A stretch of 64,000 nucleotides of DNA from Eledone cirrhosa (Eukaryota), in NCBI GenBank assembly GCA_964016885.1, contig OZ024742.1, positions 215,202,001-215,266,000 of the forward strand, read 5' to 3'. The notes beneath the pieces were generated by a model. It saw only the letters and a program-made list of their open reading frames with translations. It did not search any database and was not told the DNA's origin. Position 1 is the stretch's first letter. Each line of letters starts with the position of its first letter. Made by a program: the position numbers and the translations under genes. Positions 52,081 to 64,000 of this stretch are shown here, one piece after another.

Positions 52081-52791
52081 CACAAGTTTGTGGTATGTTA
52101 AATTTAGTATTAACCTATGTTGACAGAAACCCCACATCTGAGTACCCACAATAGCATTAAGATCCTGATAGTGCTTTTTGAAAGATCTGCCCAAGTATTT
52201 ACATGAAGTATATACATTTAACAACAACAATACTTCAGAAGAAATTCACAGCGTTTAGACTGACAAAACAAAGTCTATGCTACAGATGCTTAAACATTGA
52301 GGATAACGCTGTAGATTGACACTATTGTGTGTCTGTGTAAGCTATCTTTTGTAATCGAGGGTGCGATGAATGTGACATTTCCAACGTAAATCTCTAACCT
52401 ACCATTTTATGTTAAATTCGACTGGTTTCATAATATATCATATATAAAACAAAAAGTCGCTCACTTTTTATCATCAAAATACAGTTGTTTGATATTGACT
52501 CTTCATACGTGCCCTGCCAATGATATTATCTTGAATATATATGAAGCTAAGAATTAACAAGTTCAATCCAATAATTGAATAATATTTTTAGTCCATATTT
52601 TCCTCTTTTATCACATTATCACATCTTCTAGAAACCTACCAGATAATGGCAATTCATCATTTTCCAAGAGCAAAACAACAAACCAAATTAGATAGCTATC
52701 TAACGAATTATTTTTCTCTGATCTGTGAATATTCTCGCTCACCCTTCCTTATATTACTTTACTTGTTTCCTTTTCCATTTCTCCCAGCTAG

Positions 52792-53112
52792 TACACACAC
52801 ACACACACACACACGCACACATTCACATACACATACGTATATATATATATAATATATATACATATATGTGTATATATATATATGTATTTATGTATATATA
52901 TATATATGTATATATATATGTATATATATACATATATATTCATATATATATATGTGTGTGTGTATGTATGCATACACACACAAACATACACATAAATATA
53001 TATACATCACTTTTATATTATTATTATTATCATTATTATTATTATTAATATTATTATTATTATTATTATTATTATTGATATTATCATTTTTATTATATCA
53101 TCATATTATTAT
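52792..53112. repeat. (CA)n/(TA)n/(ATT)n compound microsatellite
   Basis: Directly visible. Confidence 0.9.
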
Positions 53113-55758
53113 TTTTCTAATATTGCTACTACTCTCTGCTACAACTACTTCTTGTTTGATTTTATATTTTGTTCTGAGGTTAATCGATACCCACATAATC
53201 TAGAAATTCTTCAAACAAGATAAATATTTTCAAATCCGGTTTTCATATTAAATATTGATGGCTCGTACAAGGTGGGGGAGGACTCTCATATCAAAGATAT
53301 GACAAAGATATCTTGAAGGAATTCCAAGTGTCCATCTATCTAATAAATCATTGTTTTTCATCTGCATTAATAGGAAATATAACAAATATCATAATTTTAC
53401 CTTATACTATCGTGGTTTTCTTTTCATTATCTCTTTCAAGTCCAGAATAGCCGTAACCGTCTGAATGTATTTCCCAGTGAACACATTTTTTCTATTTAAA
53501 ACAGATTAAAATAGATGTTAAACTTTTATTGGCTACATGATGTATACATTACTAATATTCTGAAAGGCTGTTATTTCAGACTAGATATTTCAGAATCCAT
53601 TCGATCGTTAATTTGAATATGTAACCATGTCTCTGAAAGCTTAAATCTATGCAAATATACTTCAAAATGAAGAATGCTTTCTTACAACAAATTCAACATC
53701 ATCTAATTAAAAATATATCATGGTAACCATTAATACATTTAACACATTTTCATGTATCAGGTATAGAATATTCGCTTACAGCACTAAATACAAACGATGA
53801 AACGTGACAGTATTACATGTAATAAATGAAAACATCAGGGTCTATTAAAAACAACATATATTACATTACTAATACATGTATCGACTGCATGACTAAAACG
53901 AGAAAATTGAGACAACATATAGTCGAACAACGCTCTTATTGTATAATTGATAATTACCTGCACGAGAGCAATCAATGGCAGGTGTAGTAGAGCAAGACAA
54001 TAAATGGCTCGCAATATTTAGTTTCGTGTATCTATAGATGTTTAAGATTTCGCTTCAGGTTAAATCAGTTTACCGCTACTCAGAGTGAAACGGTGCAAGT
54101 ATATAAAAGTAAGATACCCTACAACGGTGGGGATAATCTCAAATATTTGATTTGTACCCTAGTACCTAAATGTATTGAGACAGCAACTATATGAGATGAA
54201 AATGTGCCCTCGTGTAATTTGAATTCAAAAGCATGACCAAAAGGCCTAGGTATTTTGTCCGATGCCCTATAATTTCTTCCAATTCATCACAATTTAAAAC
54301 CAATAATATTTATTTCTATTATTGGCACCAGATCTCCCATTTGAGGTAGAAGTACTGCAGATTCTATCGACCGGACTACTTAACTGGATCTTTAATTTAA
54401 ATAAAGATGAAAAGCAAACATGATTGCAGTGAGGTATGAACTGAAAACATATAGCCGTTTTGGAAGATAATTTTCTGATTCAGATAATCCACCAACCTTA
54501 TCTTATCGCTATTATTCGAAATAATATTGCTAAATGCCAACAAAGATAGCATGATTAAATATGTACTCTATTGGCACATGCCAAATATTTCGTTTAGCTC
54601 ATTTCTTATTATCATCAATATAGGTCAACTAGAACTCTATCCCAAAATATTTTATCACCCACATGAATGAGAATTGTTATGTATTTCATGGTGTAAAGTG
54701 AGGTAAATAATTTAGGAAAGAGTAACACAAATAATTTTATTGGAAGACCCTTTTATGTCTTCCTTCATCAAGATACATGCATACAACTTCACTCAAACAC
54801 ATACGCTGAGCAGCATATTTTTCAATCTAGCTGTTGTTAAGCGATTAAAACGTTAGCTAGAAATCATAACCTTCTTGGTTCAAACACTAAGCATCGTATA
54901 TTGGCCAAGAGTGATTACGAAAGACACGAATCAACCTAAGTTTTTGAAAGAAATTTAGTGAACAGAAACTGATTGGAAATCAGTCTGGTGGATTCCAGAT
55001 GTAAATTAAAGGTCCAAATTATCACATATTACAACACTGATTCCGCTTTTGGATTACATTCAGGTTATTCATTCATTTAATGAGTTTGATGTTCAGTTAA
55101 TTAAAATGAATGCACATCTTCGAAGCCGATGTATGTTCTATTTCATCAAACTGGTTCCCGCAGATTATTTTCCATGAAATTTCACATATAAAGTTTGATC
55201 GGCCGGAAGGTGAAATCTACTTACCCTTGAACCCAGTGTCATGGAATTTACAAAGCAACTATTGCATCCATATGCGCATAAAAGATAAATAAATAAGTTT
55301 TGCTAATATTTCGCAAAATATACTTTTCTATTCGTTGTAATTCATTGCCAAAACATTTCTCCAAATATTAATCTTTTGTTTGGCTAATACTAAAATAAAA
55401 TATTAAATCACTAATATAAATAAAGTTGTCTGTATGGTAATCCGTTGTAGGGAATCTTATCTGCCAAATGTATATTTTTAACAATTATCGACTTCGACCT
55501 TTGATACAAGAGAAATATTATTTGAGCTGTCATGCTTCCTACAAGGTTTCTAATAAAAAAAATCTATTAATAAACTTTCAGTTTTAAACCTTTCACATTT
55601 TGAGCCTATTATAGTAATTGTCCTGCGGCAGTAATTGTGTAGTATCAAATGGGCGTTTAACAAGCATTTTATATATTTTCATAGAGCCGAAACGTTGTGT
55701 TCCGTTATGAATTTATAGACGATTTTCGGAGAATTAGTTGGCTACTCTAGTCCACCAC

Positions 55759-55759
<1 letters not shown>

Positions 55760-55843
<84 letters not shown>
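55760..55843. repeat. (CTT)n(ATT)n microsatellite
   Basis: Directly visible. Confidence 0.95.
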
Positions 55844-55844
<1 letters not shown>

Positions 55845-56376
55845 TAAGGAGGGTTATGGGGGCAGATTGTTCAAGCACGCCTTCCAGCGGGTCCTATTTT
55901 TAAATTTTATTTAGTAGCATTATGAGAGCATCGTATGTGAATTAAAGAATTACGTATATATCTCAATATTTCTATCTTTAAATCATATCTAGAAATGATG
56001 TAAATTGAACCTCATTCATATAAGGAACATTCTTTACTAAACGTTCTTGGTATTTACGTGACCAATGATTTATTTTCGATAATCTACCTAATACGTTGTT
56101 TAAGGTTATTAGTACGGTGGGTGACATTGTGTTCCTAGTCTTATAACTGTTAAACATTGAGAGTGCAATAAACCGGAAAACGTATTGATTATTTCCAGTG
56201 TTATTTCCACTATTACAAGTCTATCACTCCTTCTCTCTCTATATATATATATATCTATCTATCTCTATCTCTCTCTCTCTCTCTCTGTTTCTTTCTATCT
56301 CTCTCTCTCTACCTCTCTATATCTTTCTAGAGAGTGATTGAGTGAGAGAAAGACGGAGATCGATAGATAGACAGAG

Positions 56377-56455
<79 letters not shown>

Positions 56456-56620
56456 AAAAAATAAAGAGGAGTGAGATGTGTGTGTCTGCGTGCTTTGTTT
56501 CAACATTTATTTAGAAAGATTGTTGCTGAGTAATTATGTGTTGAAACAGATATTGTTATACTTTGAGAGGACCATGGAGACAATGAGAAGGCATGCACTT
56601 CAGACTATTATTATTATTTT

Positions 56621-56700
56621 CCTTTCATCTTTACGGGGTCAATGAAATAAAGTACCAGAAAGGCACTTGGGTAATTCCTGGTCTTGTGCTAAAAGTAGAA
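56621..56700 (+). mobile_element. Family 1 SINE 3' half
   Basis: CCTTTCATCTTTACGGGGTCAATGAAATAAAGTACCAG..GGTCTTGTGCTAAAAGTAGAA. Confidence 0.8.
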
Positions 56701-57022
56701 AGGTGGGTGAAAGTGGCGAGTCTAGTCCGAGTGAACGGGCCCGCTCTGAGTATGCGCTTGTAGACTGAGGAGTGGAAAACTGAGAGAGGGCGCTTGCCCT
56801 GGTGGTCAGGGTGGCCGTGGTCTATTGTGTGGTTTTCGCGACGAGTCACCCTCGGAATCTCCCCTATTGGGGAATTTTTGTTGTTTGAATTGTTTTGATA
56901 TTTCTATCTTCTTTTTATAACCAAAATCCACTTTGTATCATCCTGTACCGTTCTGTGCCGTCTGTAATGTTTTTCAACATGTTAGCCCTTGTGGCCAATA
57001 CAGAAACCATTATTATTATTAT
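56701..57022 (+). mobile_element. Tx1 subfamily B 3' end (5'-truncated) with (ATT)n tail
   Basis: Matches the reverse complement of 31953-32280; ends AGCCCTTGTGGCCAATACAGAAACC(ATT)n. Confidence 0.88.
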
Positions 57023-57232
57023 CGGCGGGATTTGAACTCAGAATGGCAAGGGCCGTAACTCTATGCTAGATACGCCATGCTTTGAATTACGGCCCTTGCC
57101 ATTCTGAGTTCAAATCCCGCCGAGGTTAACTTTGCCTTTCATCCTTACGGGGTCGATAAAATAAAGTACCAGTAATACACTGGAATAATTGCTGGCCTTG
57201 TACCAAAAGTAGAAACAATTATTATTATCATT
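57023..57232 (+). mobile_element. Family 1 SINE with an inverted 5' duplication
   Basis: 57023-57058 is the reverse complement of 57087-57122; normal core and tail follow. Confidence 0.85.
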
Positions 57233-60150
57233 ATCGGTTTGTTCGGACATTTTTTTGTCTCGCTCCCAGTAAGTCGCTTTATTTACCTGTTATATTTATT
57301 TGTTGTTTAATTGTTCTTGTTGTGTAAGTGATATAAGCCCTTGGACTTTGCCTTGTGAAGGGGAAAGTATAATATTTGGGCCTTTTGGCCCAAATATTTG
57401 ATTAATGTTTGAACATTTTACTTTAAAAAAACAAAAAAACATGGCTGTGTGACTCCCCCCAACAATATGTCTGCTGTTGTGTGACAACGGCGTAAACGTT
57501 GAGAGGAGAGTTACATGAATTCATACAACAAACACCACAAAGAACGTGAACAAAGACAACAACACTGAGAACACTAATTTTTTAAAAATTACCACACCAA
57601 CTACAACAATAATAGTGACAACCAAAATACAGACAACAGAAAAAATTGACAACAAATGCAACAACGATATTAACACCACTAACAAGAAAATAAACAACGA
57701 CAACACCAACAGCAACAATACAAACTGCACCGAAAACTGTGGCACCAAATACACAACCAACTACAACAGTGATAACAACAACAACAACACCAACAACACC
57801 GTTTGTAGCAGTAGCAAGAGCAACAGCAACAGCACCAATAACAAGACCAGTAGCAGCATTAGCGGCGGCAATAATGGTGCTGCTGAAAATAGGGCCACTT
57901 CTTTCGCAGGTATGGCCCGAAATATAGAAACAGTGCTAGTCACGGAGGAGGAGATGGCAGTCGCAAGAGCCATGGTGTCGAGAAACGACAACTGAGTTTC
58001 CCTGAAACCTCTACCCTATTTCTTTAAAGACCAGGAACTGCGCACGGTGACTTACCGCACCGTAAGCAGAATGTCACATCGGGTGGAGAGAGCCACGGAG
58101 GCTCAAATCCAAAAGCTCTTGGGCTGCGTCTGGGCACGCAAAACCCACATCGCCCGAGGCAAAAAGTACGCCACAGTAGACGTACTTTTCGCCACCCTCC
58201 AAGAGGCGAAGTCTCACTCTTTGGAAACCATAAATAGTGAGGAGATAGTTTGGTGCCCTGATACTGCAGGCAGAAAATTGTGAGGGTCAAAGTGACCTAG
58301 GTCCTGTCCTACGTGCCCATACCTTGGCTGGTCGCGTCTGTACTGGCTGGAATCGAGAAGACCACCATACTGCAAATACAGAGAATGGGAAGAGAGAACT
58401 GGTCAGGAATAGGCATGCAAATGCTAATACAAACTGACCAAGAGTGCATCGAAGCCATCCAATACCTCATAGGCCTCGAAGATGGGGTCCAACTCCCTAT
58501 AATCGTGGCAGGAAGGCGTCCAAAGAGCTATCTCTGCGGACAGAAGGGTCACCTCAGGGCCTTCTGCCTGCAGAAGACATCCAAGAAGAGGGCTCCCCTC
58601 CTTCCGACGCCTGATCCACTGCTACCTAGAGCAGGGCACGCAACAAAGGCAAAAGACCCTTCCATGGTGAGTAGGATGGCAACGTCCGTGGAACCCATAA
58701 CAAGGCCACGGACAACTAAAGCAGCGGAGGCAGTGGCCACAACACCAACAGTCGCAGTAGCTACGCTGGCGGTAAAATCGCCGTTGCGGGCACCACTATC
58801 ACCACCAACAGCAGTGGGGCTCATGCCCCTCCCGGACGCCGTGGTGTCCGACATGGAGTGTGAGGCGGGACCGAAGTGACAAACGGTCTGCCACAAAAAA
58901 AGAAAAAAGAAAAAAAACCCTTTAGCTTCACCCTCCAAAAGCGAAGGCAGACAACGAGGGGTAAAGGCTGGAAGGAGACTTGCAGCAACACCAACACCAC
59001 CATCATCACCACCACAAGCATCACCACCAAAACCACAACACCACCAGCATCACAATAAAAACCAACATCGCAAACACAACAAAGCCCACACACCCAACAG
59101 CAACAACAAGAAAACAGCAACAAAATCACCCCTCCCCAAAAAAGTAGACAGCCATAAACATGGCAAATAAAGAACTCCTACAACACATAAAGCAGCACAC
59201 AGACATCACAGTAAAAAACTACTACACCCCACCAACACCAAGAACTCTCCCGACAAACATAAGCATCATTGAAATCTCAGTAGAACATTACAAACTTTTA
59301 AAACAAAAATTCCCCAACGCAGTTGGAGACTTCAGAGGGTCGGTTACCAAGAAGATATACACCGACATCCTCTTGGAAAAACCCATGACCAGCCAAAGGG
59401 ACCAGTCTACTGTCCCTTCACGATCAAGGTTAGTGATCCTTTCTCACTTACCCTGTTTCTCATCCAACATGGCCGTACTTAGAATAGGCAGAATAAATGT
59501 ACGTGGCTTAGGTCATCTTGGAAGCAGAGTCACCGGCTGAACGACCTCAGGTCACTAAACATAGATGTGGTAGCCATCAGCGAGACACAATCTCCGAAGC
59601 ACGAACCTTCGCACCGATCTACGGCAGCTATGATGTATACGCATCTCCCAGTCATACAGGATGGGGGGAAGGGGTTGCCGTGCTTTTTCGGAGAGGCTTG
59701 GATCTCGCCATCTTCCTGGACCCAGAAGGTAAGTCGGTGGTGCTGGACGTGACCGGCAGCGAAGGCAATGCTTTCAGTCTAGTAGCCGTCTACGCCCCAA
59801 TAGGGGCAAGGCGGCTAGATTTCTTCAGACGTCTAGAGATCTTTCTTGGAACGTCCTGCTCTTTAGTGTTAGTAGGCGGCTGGAACCGTATCTTAGATGC
59901 ACGCTGGGAATATGTGGGGTTAGTAGACAGGTCAGGAGGGTGTAAAAGCCCCAACAACCTTCTCAGATGTTTTGAACTGTCTGACAGGTATAGACTGGAT
60001 CATCCGAATGTGCCAATGTGGACATGGGCAAACTGCATTGGGTCATCCAGATCGTATTTAGATAGGGTATTCTGTAGGGAAACAGGTTGTCCACAATTTA
60101 AAGTAGTCGACTACATGGAACATAAATTTGTGATATGTGAAGTTGACTTC
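57233..60150 (+). mobile_element. Tx1 subfamily B 5' half (5' UTR, ORF1, APE), 3'-truncated and disrupted
   Basis: Similar to the reverse complement of 34870-37700; YLCGQKGHLRAFC knuckle remnant; APE motifs VYAP and LDRVF. Confidence 0.88.
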
Positions 60151-60254
60151 GTGTATTACTTACCACGCGTGTCTGTCCTGTTAGCTGGTTCAGGTAACGG
60201 TGTCAAACATTTTTTACTATATATATATATACTTTTTTTCTTATATTTATTTGC

Positions 60255-60461
60255 GTGTGTGAATATGTAGAGGAGTGCATTCATGTATGTGTATGTATGT
60301 ACGTTTTGTATGTTTGTGTGAATGTATGTATGTATATGTGTGTGTGTATGGCTATGTTTGTGTATGTGTATGCTTGTACACACACATGTGTATGTGGATG
60401 TATGTGTATGTGTGTATATGTATATATATATATATATATATATACATATATATATGCGTGT

Positions 60462-60499
<38 letters not shown>

Positions 60500-60680
60500 A
60501 TGAATGTATGTATGTGTATATGTGTATATATGTGTATGTGTATGTAAGTGTACGTTTTATATATATGTGTATATGTATGTGTATATGTGTATATATGTGT
60601 ATGTGTATGTAAGTGTACGTTTTATATATATGTGTATATGTATGCGTGCATATATATATATGTATATATGTATGTGTGTG
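60255..60680. repeat. Degenerate (TG)/(TA) microsatellite
   Basis: Directly visible. Confidence 0.9.
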
Positions 60681-60833
60681 TAAGTATGCTTTTGTGTTTT
60701 TTTTTTGTTTTTTTTTTTCGTGTGTGTTTGCACGTGTAGTTTTATTTTATTTTTCCTTTCCTTCTCCAGCCTCACTTTCATATAGATTGCATTTTTGTTT
60801 TAAAAACCAAATTCGATAAACAAACCAGGATTT

Positions 60834-60893
60834 TTTCATTCTGAGGATTGAAAGCAAAACCTTTTGCTTTTAAGAAACCACTGGTAAATGGAA
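60834..60893 (+). ncRNA. Type I hammerhead ribozyme
   Basis: TTTCATT-CTGAGGA-TTGAAAGCAAAA(CC)TTTTGCTTTTAA-GAAA-CCACTGG-TA-AATGGAA: all three stems pair. Confidence 0.8.
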
Positions 60894-60955
60894 TAATTGC
60901 CTTATGTTGTTTATTACATAATAATAATAATTATATATATATATATATATAAATG

Positions 60956-61071
<116 letters not shown>

Positions 61072-61125
61072 GCATATATATATACAATATTAAATAAATG
61101 GAAACTATATTTATAAAACCATATT

Positions 61126-61190
61126 TATTTCATTATACATATTTCAGGGATACCAAATTAAAATATGGTATGCCATCATCAGACAAAATA
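61126..61190 (-). ncRNA. Type I hammerhead ribozyme (mirror copy)
   Basis: Reverse complement of 61337-61401 with one substitution. Confidence 0.65.
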
Positions 61191-61336
61191 CAATATATAA
61201 ACAGTTTTATAAATAATTTTGACGTACCCTATTAGAAGCGACCATTACTTTTGGAAGCTATCCAGACAGCTTCCAAAAGTAATGGTCGCTTCTAAGAGGG
61301 TACGTCAAAATTATTTATAAAACTGTTTATATATTG

Positions 61337-61401
61337 TATTTTGTCTGATGATAGCATACCATATTTTAATTTGGTATCCCTGAAATATGTATAATGAAAT
61401 A
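61337..61401 (+). ncRNA. Type I hammerhead ribozyme
   Basis: TATTTTGT-CTGATGA-..ATACCA..TGGTAT..-GAAA-TATGTA-TA-ATGAAATA; base of stem II is imperfect. Confidence 0.6.
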
Positions 61402-61552
61402 AATATGGTTTTATAAATATAGTTTCCATTTATTTAATATCGTATATCTACTCCAAAAACTTGTCGAGTGCTTTATATCAGTTATAAAATATTTACTTGT
61501 TGTATCCCAACAATTTTAAATAAAACTTTTGCATATATATATATATATATAC

Positions 61553-61687
<135 letters not shown>

Positions 61688-61965
61688 CATACACACATTA
61701 ATCATTGGATATAATTGAAACTTGTGCCTCTCAAAGAGAGCGGCCATAATATAAATCGATTAGATGCCTTTGTCCAACTTTCCCGTTTACAACGGTACTT
61801 TACCCGATATTTTCAACAACTGTTTTAACAATAGACTAATATTTGCGTTGGGACGCATACATTTCTAATGTATTTATACGTACACAAATTTATACTTATA
61901 TGTATGTATATATATATATATATATAAATATACACATATATACATCTATACACACACACACACAC

Positions 61966-62038
<73 letters not shown>

Positions 62039-62819
62039 AGTGATTACATATGTATTAAGCTCTGCGTCTGATTATTATGTATATATGAGTTAATCTGTAC
62101 TATCATTGTCATATGAGAAAACATTCGGTTAAAGATGTAAGTGCATGCATATTCTTGGATATAATGTAATGGCAGCATACCGTTATTGATCAAGCTCGTC
62201 ATAATAATTTCAGTTATACATCTCCACTGACATTCAAAAATGCGGTTATACATATGTACTGCAATAATAGGATTTATTTATTGATTTTTACTTTCTTATC
62301 AGGATTCTTTTGCTGTGTTTTGGTATCATATTGGAATTCTGTCATATAGTTTCACCATCATACGGCAATATATTCAAATACGTCCACCTTCTCGTTCGAA
62401 TTCCACTTATGAGACAGGAAAAAAACTATAACCTTTTAGACTCATCACGCTTGGGGACAGTCACTATTGATTTGCAAGTTTTCTGCATTATATTTCAGCA
62501 TTGTCTGAAACAACCGGTCAACTAAAATGAGGTGAAATTATCATTCCTTAGCAGGTTTTATCTTGTTTTAGATAAAATTCACCAACGAATACCTTTCTGT
62601 TGCAAAGAAATACGCCTATTTCAGCACTGTGTATCTGAAAAAAAAGACGAAGTAAAGGGACGGTCACTCTGCATGGAGTTTTAGGGACAACACCCTTACC
62701 CAGTGAGTATGTGGGTATTTAAAACTCTATAGGTATCCTCACAGCCACTTTGATTCGGATAAGTGAGAATGAACAACAATGACAATGAGATAATGTGGAA
62801 GATTCGTGTCCAGAACAAG

Positions 62820-62951
62820 ATTGGTGATTTATTTATCGACCTCAAAACAAAAGGTTGATTTCGGTCAGGTTTCAATAGAGAGCGCAGTATGTAGGGACAT
62901 ACATGTGGTTAATTGATCCGACGCTCTAATCGCTCTGTCAATTTACCGCCG
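62820..62951 (-). mobile_element. Old diverged SINE copy
   Basis: Minus strand GGCGGTAAATTGACAGAGCGATTAGAGCGTCGGA..GAGGTCGATAAATAAA. Confidence 0.5.
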
Positions 62952-64000
62952 TTGTTCTGCTTTTGGGAAATAAAATTCAAATCTTGCCTAAATCATTTCC
63001 CGCAGCTTGAAAAACTATAAATGGCACATTAGAGACTACTTCAATATATATATAGTTTGCAAATGCTATACTTTACTAAACTAAAATAATGACAATGACA
63101 ACAAGAACATTGAGAATTGTTTTTTACCAACCTGATTTAAAAGGTATATGCACGTTGATAATAACATATGATTATTTAGGATACAGTGGTTAAACCCGTG
63201 ACCATTTTCAATGTTGTCGACGTGGGAGGATGCTATATTGAACTGTAGAATATTTGGTTTGAACTATTATAAAAGGGATTGATCTCAGATAGTCATCCAA
63301 ATAGTATCCAAGTAATGTGGTCTTAAAAAGAAACAAAAATAACTACAGTAAATACAAACTGTAATACTTGCACCAATTTACTACTGACCGGAGATAAATT
63401 TTTATGGCGCTAAAACGATGAAATCTAAAGGTGGCTCCAGCTGAATCTGAACTATGGTCATTGAAAGCCAGAAAAGCGACTGCAAATATTTGTATTATAT
63501 TCTAACTAGAAAATTAAATATCGGAATAGAGGACGTGATATTGCAAAATACATTTTGACAAACTTGTCACTGTATTATAGTAGCGAGTAATTGGCTTTAC
63601 TTTCTGCTTTACTCACACAAGATCTTGAAGTATTTCCGTTTGAAATGATTGAATAATTATATCAATTCAGTCAACATCCATATAGTTTGTTCAGGGAAGC
63701 GTTCATTATGGTATACTTAGAAGGGACTATATCTATACAGACAGTTAAATATTATGTAAAGTTCATATATTTGTATTTAAAAAAGAAATATTCGGAATGA
63801 AAATTTCATACAACTCGGAATTGAAACGGTTCATTGTATTTCCCCCTGAGAAAATTGTGCTAACACAAACTATCGCTACAAAATTAATTGGATGGTTTTA
63901 TTAAAATGTACCATTATTTGATGAGGAGAACGAATGTGCTTTTACGGTCAGAGTTTTGTGAACAATATGTGGCATATGTATACAAAAACAAAAGTCAAGG

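Larger units (their letters stand above)
61087..61530. mobile_element. Penelope-like pLTR fold-back (173-bp arms) with hammerheads on both strands
   Basis: 61087-61259 is the reverse complement of 61268-61440 with 2 mismatches; homologous to 13310-13783; flanked by (TA)n. Confidence 0.7.

Noticed and set aside
53167-53220. CTGAGGT...GAAA..TC with a possible stem I
   Set aside because: Core A9 is mutated and stem II is poor; cannot be supported

Overview
AT-rich, microsatellite-dense eukaryotic DNA; the repeat landscape suggests a mollusc, probably an octopus or other cephalopod (inference). No host gene is recognisable. The window is dominated by retroelements. (1) Two tandem R4/Dong-type RLE non-LTR retrotransposons at 16-24.5 kb; one has an unbroken 1217-aa ORF but a YMND active site. 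(2) At least three subfamilies of a Tx1/L1-clade LINE, as full-length, truncated and decayed copies, mostly sitting in (ATT)n tracts. (3) A tRNA-derived SINE whose 3' end shares a covarying CUUGU-loop hairpin with those LINEs. (4) Several Penelope-like or retrozyme-like non-coding units in (TA)n tracts, carrying four distinct type I hammerhead ribozyme families, some within long fold-back palindromes. The best leads are the Tx1-SINE 3' recognition hairpin and daisy-chain array, the hammerhead elements, a covarying pseudoknot in the Dong 5' UTR, and a splice-donor hairpin over the Tx1 ORF1 stop codon. All alignments and folds were done by eye, and element boundaries are approximate.
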